From the NCBI GenBank assembly GCA_973895155.1, contig OZ316891.1, positions 26,653,972-26,717,971 of the forward strand: a DNA stretch of 64,000 nt, in the 5' to 3' direction. Below, piece by piece: positions 12,783 through 23,818 of this stretch. The stretch is from Marsupella aquatica. Lineage: Eukaryota > Plantae > Marchantiophyta. A program made the translations under genes and the position numbers. How positions within the stretch are numbered: the first letter of the stretch is position 1; each line of letters starts with the position of its first letter. The notes below the pieces were generated by a model. It searched no databases and was not told the origin of the DNA. It worked only from the letters and a program-made list of their open reading frames with translations.

Positions 12783-14029
12783 ATTGCTGGCTGAAACGCA
12801 GCTCAAATTCGCTCCTCGACTAAAAACCTTCTGACCGGAAAGCACTAAGATGACATCGTTGCTTTGATGCAGGCCGAATCCATAAACGGCCAGCCATCTA
12901 GGCCTGTCGTGGTCTATGTAGGACTGATCCTGGGCCGGGCCTCGGTACGATTCCTGACCAGATATACAACGGGATCCGACTATGAGCCAGAATGTCGCTT
13001 TGGCAAAGTCACACTAATAACACCACAGGATATGTGTTCCATTTGGGACCTCATGATCCGAATTTTCTTTTTGGATCAGGGGTCTAGAATCGTGTCAAAG
13101 TGGGGTCAGCGTTGTGTGTAGTTCTCACTTCATTTGGGCCCACCGTTTTCCTTGACTTGCCATGACTCTCTTGGCAACTGTCGTTCATTCGAAGTAGAGG
13201 AGCGCCTTTTGCACTTTTGCAGAGTCACATGTACGCACAAAATTGTCAACATTCTGTAGAAGGAATAAAGGTATTCAATTCAACCTTATTACTCTACTCT
13301 AGAGTGTATAAACGATTCTCTCCCCTTAAACCGGAGGAGAATTTGCAGCGGCATTCACCGGGGGGACGCAAAATTATCTCTCCAGGATGCTCGCTGTGGG
13401 ATCTGTAATCGTAGTGAATGACTCTTACTGTATCTTGCCGTGCTCACGCAAGCGGTGCTCCTTTTGACTAGCGCTGTTGTGGTTGGCCTGGTTATGCGAG
13501 ATTGCGGACTCCCAATATTTTCAATACTCAGGCACTTGACTTGGATTGTGCATGATGTTGGTGGAGAGGGTGTGACCCACCCTCATGTTAGATCCTCATG
13601 AACAGGATTATAAGTCTACGATTTTGCTCTCTCTCTCTCTCGGTGATCTTATTAACGGAGATGAAAGATACTGGTTGGCATAGAAAGATAGTAGTCTTAG
13701 CTGATCATGATGAGTTCACAGGCCTGGAGCTGAGCCGAGTTGGCAAGAGTTCAATTGATGTTTTTAGAAGCTGATCGACTGGATTGGCTAGACTTTTAAA
13801 GGAGTAGCCTCCTATTTTCTGGCGATTACTCGAAGAGCAAGGTATTGAAAGCATTCGTCGGACGGCCTTAGACTCATATAAGAGAAGAGTGGGCGGGAAC
13901 TGAAGATTTTGGCGATGGCAGGAATAACGTCCACCACACCCTCGGGGCTTCTCATGCCGGCAAGAAGTGGGTTATTGAGGACATCGTTTCATGGGAAGGC
14001 ATTGACAGCAGGAGGGACATCTTGTACAG

Positions 14030-14992
14030 TCGTGGAAGTGAATCTTGTGCCTGGATTGGCTGTGAGAGGAGAAAAATGTTAAGAGTTTCAACCAAATTCT
14101 CATAGAATCAATGAGGATGACTCTAGCTTTGATATAACTTGCATTAGAGTGCCCTGGGAAGCAATCCCCGCACGTTATCCCAAATCAGTTAATCTAATGC
14201 TCGTACGTCAAAACGAGGGGAAGAGGTCGTTCATGCTATTGAAACTCCGCGTTTAGCAGGTATGGCAAGACGAACTGACAGTTGAGTGAATTTCAGCCAA
14301 TTAGACTTAAGAAACACAGAACGTTTTCTGGAGTTATATTTCTTGACAACTGTTTTTATTAACAGAATGATATCAATGTGGGCAGTAATTACTTGTATGG
14401 TTTACCAGCTCCTGGCTTCCCACTTTCTTCTGCACTTCAGGCAGAGTCGATTCGTCTATCTAGCTGTAATGGAGGATGCAAGTCACAACATTGGAGTCGT
14501 CAAATATGACTTGACAATGGCACCCAAGTCAGGTACGCCAAAGCTGGAGGTTGGAGGGAATGTGGCGGGTATCTTCTGGCATGGAAGTTTGCGTTATGGA
14601 TCAGAAGCTGTTTATGTTCCCAAGAATCCTGGCAGGCAGGTGGACAAGGATGACGGATATCTACTCAATTTTGTGTTTGACGAGAACACGTGGTAGGTTT
14701 CCACTTTTTGAATAGCGCATGTTCTTTGAAGGCTATTTGAGTTGCGCATGGAATAAGAAGTTCAGGAATCCACGGTGACCTTGTTATCTCCTTTCACGAC
14801 CTAGATTGGTTGTCTGATGATCACACGTTTTCTTGTTACTGATCTCTGTTTGCTGGATTTTTGTGCCAATACATGACAGGAAATCCGAGGTGATTGTCAT
14901 AGATGCCAAAAACCATGTCACCTGAACCTGTTGCTGTTATTGAACTACAGACAAGGGTACCATATGGCTTTCATGGCCTCGTCGTGAGCGAG
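14030..14992 (+). pseudogene. CCD1-like: Carotenoid cleavage dioxygenase 1 (CCD1-like) 3' fragment, copy A (three exon remnants)
   Basis: Remnant NLVPGLA...RINED near 14040-14125. Exon from 14441: KLEVGGNVAGIF..RYGSEAVYVP..DDGYLLNFVFDEN. Exon 14880-14992: [32 protein letters not shown] with a 1-nt insertion. No 5' exons seen. Confidence 0.85.
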
Positions 14993-15287
14993 GTAAGTGA
15001 AGTACCTAACCTACCATGGTATTTATTTTCAGGCACTTTGCTCTGTGGTTAAAAAATTCTGTAACATGGTTATTGTGATAGTCCGTCCAATGTGATGAAG
15101 GCGTGCAAATATTAGATGTCTGCATTATGCAATAATTGTTACCTGTAAATTCTCTTAGATCTCCTAGTGTGATGGAAAGGTGGGGACGCCTGATATTTGA
15201 AGAGATGCTGTGCATGTCTTCAGGAGCAACTACAATTGCAATCGGCTTAAACGATATTACAATCTGATGTTGGAAACGAACAGTTGG

Positions 15288-15762
15288 ATGGTGACCCAGA
15301 TGGGAATTGACTAATAAGCCATTGTGAACGTAAGCTGCCAACATCAAATGAATTCCTCAAGTTGGCAATGTCCATTACGAACTACCCATCTACGACGGGA
15401 CAATGTTTAGTGGGAAAACGAACTAATGCTAGAACCACAAGGGAGGTACATTCGCAAGAACAATGCACTCATAACAAGTAGAGTAGCACATCTAGCCCTC
15501 CAAACTTCTAGTGGAGCAACGAGACTAGGTAATATATTGGTCTTCAAGAACGACATTGAGAAGGGGCCATGGAGGAGCACATATGCATGATGTCACCAAC
15601 TACTGGAAAATTGAGGAAAGCATCACAATTCAGTTGAGGTCAAGACAACGTCTGAAGGAAATTGTCCACGTTGACAACCAAGACACCATGTATACGTCGG
15701 ACTGTATGCCAGGACCCATCCTTGAAATGGACCTGAAGTCCCCCCACAGCATCCTGGTGCAG
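15288..15762 (-). pseudogene. 2OGD fragment (end of exon 3 plus intron 3), paralogous to 33125-33586
   Basis: LHQDAVGGLQVHFKDGSWHTVR...LVVNVDNFLQ at 15652-15762; flanking intron sequence matches 33125-33470. Confidence 0.85.
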
Positions 15763-16193
15763 CTCAGGACCCCTGGGGAAGGACAGGGCAGTGTCACGAT
15801 GGGCTCTTATAATTCAGTTCAAACATGGCCTTCAAATTGCGGATAGAATAGATCGCGATAGATCAAAGGTTGAAGATCAAAGGTTAAATAGTCACGACTG
15901 TTTGTCCGGCAAGCAAATGAAGTCTCTTGTTCAGAGAACTTTTTAATCGTAGGAACCAAAGACAGAAACATGATCAACTGAAAGCAAAGCTCCCATTAAG
16001 GTAGAACAGAATCAAATGTCTTAAGATCGATCTTATGGCACAACTAAGATGCTAGTTAAAAGTAGTCTCCATACAGGCATCCTAATACTGATTTGTAATC
16101 TACTGAAAGTCTTGTTGTCGGATTTATAATATTAACATTGCAGATGTGCATATTATGCACAAAATTTCATGTGGGTGGCTCGAAAGTTTCGGA

Positions 16194-16505
16194 TTAGCCG
16201 CCAAATCCATATAGTGCCTTGCCCTGTCTTTTGAGCGCATACACCACGTCCACGGCGGTCACTGTCTTCCGGTTGGCATACTCGGTATAGATGACGGAGT
16301 CTCCTATAATATTTACAAGAAATAGTTTCAGAATACTGCGAGTCTCTTCGTAAACAGGACCACTGATACGCTTCACTCCACCTCTTCGAGCGAGACGGCG
16401 CATTGCAGGCTTTGTTATGCCCCGGATGTTGTCACGGAGCACCTTGCTGTGTCGCTTGGCACCCCCTTTCCCGAGGCCCTTAGCACCCTTTCCAGTTCCA
16501 GCCAT
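16194..16505 (-). CDS. H4: Divergent histone H4 (103 aa including Met), no intron in the CDS
   Basis: ATG at 16505; [27 protein letters not shown]...[12 protein letters not shown]; exact H4 length; about 79% identical to canonical plant H4 by manual alignment. Confidence 0.9.
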   Translation of the reverse strand: MAGTGKGAKGLGKGGAKRHSKVLRDNIRGITKPAMRRLARRGGVKRISGPVYEETRSILKLFLVNIIGDSVIYTEYANRKTVTAVDVVYALKRQGKALYGFGG

Positions 16506-18270
16506 TTCTACTGTGTTTGCCCTTAGTGACTTCTCTTGAACAGAATCACCTCTCGCCCAGCAGATTGGAGTAAAGTGAGAGATGTAGACTGTCTTCAACT
16601 CGAGCCTACAGCAAGATGTACCTTGTAGCAACAGGCAATGCCAAAACACGTTCAAGTAAAAGCCAGGCAGTAGCGAAGATGAGCAACTTCCGCGAAGTAC
16701 TCACTGAATTACCTGAAAACAACTGTGAGGATAAGCTCTCACTCAAGCCTTAAACGGACCTTCGGGTGGAATTTTGAGTCATTGTTCAATCGGCAATATC
16801 GTTATCTGCAGCTCGTGTCATCCGACAACGTTCATGACACACTGACGACTAACATCTATCTCGCGTCAACTTCCTTAAGATAAGCTGATCTGAAAGGCTC
16901 ATGGAAATTTTACGACCCCTGCATATGAAGGTCATCTGTCACACATCAGAAAGAGTGATTCAAATGTTTTGTCAAACGACAGTCCTCTCTCTTTGCCACC
17001 TAGGATGATTGTGTTTGTTACAACTGGTTGGTCGTGACGTATTTGTGTTTATCATCAGTTAGATATGCACCCTACCACAGATTGGAATATTGTACTAAGC
17101 GTTTTTCAAGTCTTCCTAGCTGTGGCACAGTTGTCAGTCAGTAAGCTTTTGGCAGCCCAGCTCCGGTTTAAATAACTGAATTAGATTCCACCAAAAGTCA
17201 TAATGAGGTTTGACTAGGCCAAACCATTGTATTTTTTCTTAGCTCTTGGAATTACATTAGTTACCTGTCAGTCATTTATCAGTACCTCAGCTCCCGTTCA
17301 CCTCGGCAAACTCCACCAAAAGTCACAATCAAGTGTGGATCAAATCATGAGATATAGTTCTTGGTCTCTGGGCATGCTGTCATGTCCACTACTGCTCCCG
17401 GACGCACTTCTAATCTGGATCCATTTTCGCACGAACCGCAAAAGGGATTGCCTTCCCAAACTCGTACACTGACTGCACGGAAAAGGGGCTGCCTTGCTTA
17501 GTATAGTGGTTGATTGATTGATTTAGTACATCCTGGGGTAGAGCACCGAAAATTTGTCAGGGTTAACTCTCATGGAGAGAGGTCTTGTATCGCTAGATAT
17601 GACCAACCTCAATCATGTCCACGACTTACTCATTAGTATGTGAGTTGTAGGTGCAGAGCTGTTTAAGTCATAGAAAGTCAATGGTGCGTTCCAGACATGA
17701 CTAGAACAATCTTGGCCCTGGCTTGAGGTGGAAGTTTGTGGACCCAACAGACGCTTCTTCACTTTCATTTAAATGATTTCTACTTTGACTAGCGACACTT
17801 ATAAAGACAGAGATTGATGTCATCAATCATTCAATTGCCTCTTGATGACCTTCACTGACATTGACGCCACAAAGTGAATTACTGTGGCTTAGCACAAAAA
17901 ATTCCGACTCCTAGAGTAAAAAATGGAGGCACCCATTCCGCCTGACTACTTGCTAACTACAATTCCATATAAAAACTATACCCCGCTCTGCATGACTGGG
18001 TTGCTTAGTTCTCTTTGTCTGTTTCTATGAATGCTAGTCCATTAACTTACTTTGCAATGACCTGGACCTCCTAATTGAGGATCTAGCTACATCTATCCAC
18101 CAGAGTTCATGTCCTGCTATGTCAAAGAGCCCTTGTGAATTGCCAGCTGTGAGAGACTAAAGCTCTCAGATCACTTCGAGATTTTAGCCAAGGAAAATGT
18201 ACAATCTTGAAGTGCAATCAAATCCAGAAAATATGCTTGTTGGTGGCGACTTTTAGTTATCAATGCTTCA

Positions 18271-21200
18271 TTAGGGCGTGTTAATGCTTGATCCTGCAGT
18301 GTGGAGAAGCACTGCCTTGATCTCATCAGGGCCCACATTTGCCTCCTTCGATTGCTGCAAGCATACCAATTAGGAAAACGGCAGTTAATAATCAGAATAC
18401 CCTCAAAATGAGAACAAAAACCTTGTGTGGGGAGGAGTAGCTTTGGGTACTGCTTCAGTAAATTTTAGTGTATCTCGTTTCTTCCAATCAGACAGAAGGC
18501 CACAACAAAACTCGTATTTCGAGTCTTCAATAAAGATTTTGATCTTCAGAAGTTTCAGTTGCCTGATCAAATTCGACCTCCATCATAGGCGAGACCGAAC
18601 CTACCACGAAAGGCCTTGCGTCCAGATGAAGGAAAAAGTTAAATGCTTAGATCCTACGGGATAGTTTGAATACCTCTGCCTTGAAGACATCCAGGGCAAA
18701 GCCATTGAAACAGCTGATAACTGCTTGCTGCACATCAAGTCCAAGTCCATCCAGTGCACGCATCGTAGATAGGAGGAGGCCTGGTTTTCTTTGACAAAAC
18801 ATGTGAATGTTCAGTGCTCTCCCCTCCCGGGTCCTTACTTCAACCTGAGTTTCAGAAACAGTAAATTTTATATCAGAATGAGGACCACAGTCTTCATCTA
18901 GCTGGACACAGCAACTCTGAATTCTTCGATGGCATATCAAACACGTTCAGAGTGGCGGGCAATTCTCTGTCAAACGAAAGCAATTTGCAAGAGGGCTCAC
19001 CCTGGCCGGCTGGGCATCTGGGCTGGGCAGCGAAGGTGGAGGTTCTTCTTTTACACGGCTTGCTAGACTTGGTAAAGGGGGTGGCAAGGCTGGGGGGCTT
19101 GGAGGTGGGAGCCTATCCACAGGTGTTGCCTCCAGCTCGGTGTGCAGGTCATTGATTCGCTGCAGCAATTCCTTTAAATACTCAATCGCATCTCCTAGTA
19201 TTGATGCTCGATCCATCTGTGCAGTGTGAGATCCGCAACACTTGTTAGCTTGTACCAAGTAAACAGAGAGAAATGAGCACCTGGAAGAGTAATCTGTGAG
19301 ACAGAACACCATTAGCAGCACCGTTTTCATCTCTGCTGCAGCCGAGATCACACATAACTAAATATCACACTTTTAAACGAGAAATCCCTTTTACTAGAAG
19401 CAACATGGGTCCAACTGCTTGCTACCGGGTGGGTTCATGCAATCGCACCCTCTACAAAAGTAGGTCAGGTCTCTGTCACTACCGTATTGGAAAAATTCCG
19501 TTGAGCGAATTCCCAAATGCCCTTGGGGAAGTCGTCACTTGATAACAGCATAACGACAATTAAGTAGCAAAGTACGAGGGTACTTTTTCAAGACAATAAA
19601 AGTGGGTATGGAGTTTCATATCTTTGGAGGAGCGGTTCTAAAGTACAGCTTGGCTAAATGCAAAGTAAACTTGATGCCCTCGTTCAGAAATGATGCTTAT
19701 ATGCAACGGTTAAAATATTTGTTCGCATTGATACAACAAGTGCAGCATGGATCCCCCCAGCCAGGGTCATACACTATCGTGAACGCGGGCAGTCATTAAA
19801 AGACTTAACAGGGAAAACTGGACATCCAGTGGAGATGACTTTATTCATAACGAAGGCACGAAGTTAGTCTCGACAAGATGGCACTTGACTAACGCGGCGA
19901 AATTATGGTGAGAAGGAGGGGAGCACGGATGACAAACGCACCTTGGTGATCTTCGGTACCACCGAACGTAGCATGTAAAGACGATCATTGAGTTTTTTCC
20001 GGCGTCTCCGTTCTGCCATCAGGTTTTTTGCAGGCAACCCTTTCTTTCCTTTTCCCTTCTCCCCGGACAGACCACCACCATGCACTAGTTGCCCGCCAGC
20101 GGCACCTCTCTCCATTCCTGTCGTGTCATCCGTTTCATACAGTACACCAGATCCATCACCACTCTCATCCATGTCGTCATCCTCCTTATCGTCTTCTTGG
20201 TCCAGCTGTTGCTCTTCATCTATGAAATCCACCATGTTATCAGAACCTACCGGTGGAGGTGGTCTCTTGACGTCCTTCAAGAACGAGGAGCTCTGTAAGA
20301 CAGTGTTGCTGTTGTTTCCCTTAATGTTGGGGCTTTCCTCGTCCGGCGTGTCCAAGGAGGAATCATTAGAGGCAGAAGTTACAACTTGAGGGGGAGACTT
20401 GATTGTGGGAGAAGGTGCTCCCCCGGGAACTGAGTGCCGAGACGCAGCCCTTTTCTGAAACAGCGTTTGCTGTTGTTGTTTAGAGCATCCTATGGAAGGA
20501 GAAGCTGTAGCTCCTTCGAGTGTGTTCTTGGATGGGCGGAATGCGTATCTATCCAAGTTCGAGGGCAGGAAATTATCCTTGTTCCCCCCAGTAAGGTTCC
20601 TGGTGCTCAAACTCGAAGCATTATTAAAGCCATCCCCACCTAAACTACGAACACTGCCCATGTCAGGAGATGGAGTACCGAGACCCAGGCTACTGCTGAA
20701 GGGCGAACCCAGGGAATTTCCTTCAGCATTTGTGAAGCTGTTGTTAATTCCGCTGCTGAGAATGCTGCTCAAGTTGCCAACAAAATTGTGGGTGCTAAAG
20801 CCACCGTCACCCGTGCTGGTGCCATTTGGAATAAGATTGTTGAGTAGCAGCCCTGTGGAGTTGCGGTTTCCGAGTACATTGTTACGCACAATGTGCCCAA
20901 GGCTAGGTAGAAGGCCTCCCACCAAACTGCTGCTGGTCCCATTCCCACTCTGAGATTCGAGTATCACATTATGCCCTCCTCCAAGACTCGCCGGCCCTCC
21001 ACCAGTTTGCCTGCTAAAATTGCTCATCAGGGCAATTCCACCACTACCATCAAATGGAAGCCCTCCACCCCCATCCAAAAAGTTCGACAGATTGGGTCTG
21101 TTGTCGAGACCGTTGAAAGGTCTAGAAATCTTCTGGGTCAGGAAAGACTGCAGGTGGGGAGAATCTAGATTGAAGTGAGATGATCCCACATTGTCTGCTT

Positions 21201-21354
21201 GCTGCTGTGAAGGTAGGGAAGATGCGTACGAAAGTTCCTTCATTTCATCCATGAGGGAGTGTTCGGGTGTTGTGTACCAATCTTCGTCCAGGATGCCTTT
21301 CGAGAAGCTTGAGCTTGGCGGAACACAGTCCTGCAAAGCATAACGGAGCCACAT
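18271..21354 (-). CDS. ICE1: ICE1/SCREAM-type bHLH transcription factor, about 627 aa; exons 21354-19942, 19216-19001, 18844-18674, 18354-18271
   Basis: TLFQKRAA motif; b[36 protein letters not shown]|[18 protein letters not shown]; ACT-like [17 protein letters not shown]...[19 protein letters not shown]|[10 protein letters not shown]; GT-AG phase-0 introns. Start codon uncertain (an upstream exon is possible). Confidence 0.95.
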
Positions 21355-22917
21355 TTTTGCTTCATGTCGAGACAAGAGCTAAGTTCTACTCCAATGCCAA
21401 TAGTAGCATTAATGCTACCGTTCAGTGATACCCCATTTAATCCCCAATTATTCCCGAATAACAAATCTCTAAGGAAATCCAGCCATGCCCTTGAAACTCG
21501 TCCAGACGAGTAGACTGCCCCGGCCCATTCATCTCGTCAAACGAAACGAGCTAATTTTACGATACAAGGTACACAGACCTCGAGATAGTCTTAATCATAC
21601 CTCGCTCTATGTGAAACTGGACTCCTACCAAGAATCAAATGCACAGAAACTGTGCGAAAGGCAATCAGTTAACCCTCCTTCTGACATGAATCCTGTGAAT
21701 GCAACCAAAGACGGGATGCGGACTAACCTTCATGAGGGAAGGGTCGGTCGACGTTGGGCTGGAGCAGCTAGTTATAGGTCTCCATCTATGGTCATCTTCC
21801 AATCCCGGAATCGAACCAGAGCCAGAAATCCTGTTCACCCGCACACCCACGTACGATTCATTAGGCTTGTAATTCGAGAATGTGTACTGTGTGTGAATTA
21901 AAGGGACAGAATGACTTCAGATTACTCCTTCGTCCTTTCCGACATGATTTTGCTATCGCTGAGGATTCTCAGAGCCAGCTAGCCAACTACCGTAATGATC
22001 TCACCCTCGTCAATCGTTGATCACTTCAAGACCGAAAAGTTCACTGAGGTGGACCCCTCTCGATGACCTTAATGCATCCTGCTGGAATTTAACCCCCTCG
22101 TTGACAGGGCAACAACAGACTTTGTACATTGAAATGATCGGGCTCGTGCATTTCATCGAGATTGCTCAGCAGAAATCGGAATACCTTACAGAAGAGTTGC
22201 GAGCCATCCACGTTCCTCCTCCAGTAGCTCTGGTGGGAGTCATTTCTATGCGCTGCAAGTGATGTGCCACTCAGTGGGCGACGATTACCACTATGATCCC
22301 CCGCATTGCCTCTCCCAACAAGCTCTCTAATTCTCAATCAATCAACTGACCCTCCGGGCTACCAAACTTTGTGCAGCTGCACGTTCAGAGGTTCCTATTT
22401 GCACGCTCTAGTGGCTGGATGAAAGTAGGCGCTCTGCTTCCCATTCACACTCCTGCCCTTCTCTGAAATGATTCTAAGCACCCTTCACGAATTTCTTGAC
22501 ACCCTTTGCCTAGAATGCACTCGCCCTCACCCAACCCCACATAGCCCAGACCAGCTCTAACAATAAATGCTGTTCTGCTCTTGGGATCTCATTTCTTCGT
22601 GTTCCCTGCGCCTGTGCTGTGGCGAGTTGTTCATCTGACAACCATGAACAAAAGGCTGTAAAACACACATCCTCGACTCCAAGCCACCCACATTCTTCCT
22701 TTTTCCACATTCGAGTTTTTGTCGATGCGTCTCACGTTCTCACCCAGCACACCTTTGTGCCCAGTCCGGTGCCACGCATTCAGTCTCGATTTCTACCCCC
22801 CACCCCTCTTCCACTCCACACTTTCTCTTCTGCATACGCTTTCCCCTTTAAAGAGCGAGACGGCCCAAGCTCTCTGCGCTTTGATGTCAGGACATGGGTC
22901 CAGTCGAAAGCAGTTTC

Positions 22918-22919
<2 letters not shown>

Positions 22920-22958
<39 letters not shown>
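22920..22958. repeat. (GA)n microsatellite upstream of ICE1; possible GAGA/BPC-binding element
   Basis: About 19 GA units; reads (CT)n on the ICE1 sense strand. Confidence 0.8.
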
Positions 22959-22961
<3 letters not shown>

Positions 22962-23620
22962 TACGAGAGAGAGACCTTCTGTCTACCTTTCTTATTTTAA
23001 TTCCAGTTAAGTAACGTGCCACTTCGATCGGATTCAATTTACAGGTGGTTCAGGATTACCGTATTATATCATTCTGTCAATCACTTATTCTCTCGCACTC
23101 ATGCACCGCTTTAGACATCCACTCAGCTTTCTTCATCACTTCGTCTTCACTCTTCAACTCCTCTTCCTTCTCTCTTCCGGGAACTCCTCACTCACTACAG
23201 TACCTCAGCTCCCGACTCTCCAAGCCACCTCGTCCAAATCTCCAAATCTCCAGAGTACAGTACTTCCTCTCCTCCAACCTTCCTCCAATCCTTCTTCCTT
23301 CACTCAATACTTCACCGTGATGATCATGATGTACTTACTACTACCGTTGTGTCTTCATCATTCTCCTCCTCCAACCCCCTCATTCTGCACTGCCCCTGGA
23401 TCATGTCATCGTCACATTAATTAACTACATCGCCTTGAATTGTATTGCGTTCCGCTTGGGAAGCTCTAGAGCAGAGCAAGGCAAAGGAAAGCTTCTAGAG
23501 GAGAGCAAGGCAGAGTAAAAGTACACAAAGGAAAATTTCCAGAGGAGAGCAAGGCAGAGTAAAAGTACACCAAGGAAAGTTTCCAGAGGAGAGGAAGGCA
23601 CTGTAAAAGCACACACATCA

Positions 23621-23818
23621 GAGCAAGGTAGAGTAAGAGCAACCTCGCATGTGAGCGACCCTATGTTTTCCGGGCCCTTGGTTGTCGAGCAAGGTAGAGT
23701 AAGAGCCAACTCGCATGTGAGCGACCCTATGTTTTCCGAGCCCTTGGTTGTCGAGCAAGGTAGAGTAAGAGCCAATTTGCAAGTGAGCAACCCTACATTT
23801 TCCGGGCCCTTGGTTGTC
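23621..23818. repeat. 66-bp tandem repeat, 3 copies, preceded by related shorter units from about 23470
   Basis: gagcaaggtagagtaagagc units start at 23621, 23687 and 23753. Confidence 0.9.

Noticed and set aside
16506-16655. 50-aa N-terminal extension of H4 in the ORF track
   Set aside because: Begins at a non-ATG codon; the ATG at 16505 gives the exact H4 length
19988-20953. Plus-strand ORFs of 133-153 aa overlapping ICE1, and similar shadow ORFs elsewhere
   Set aside because: Antisense shadows of real coding sequence or translations of repeats, with no recognisable motifs
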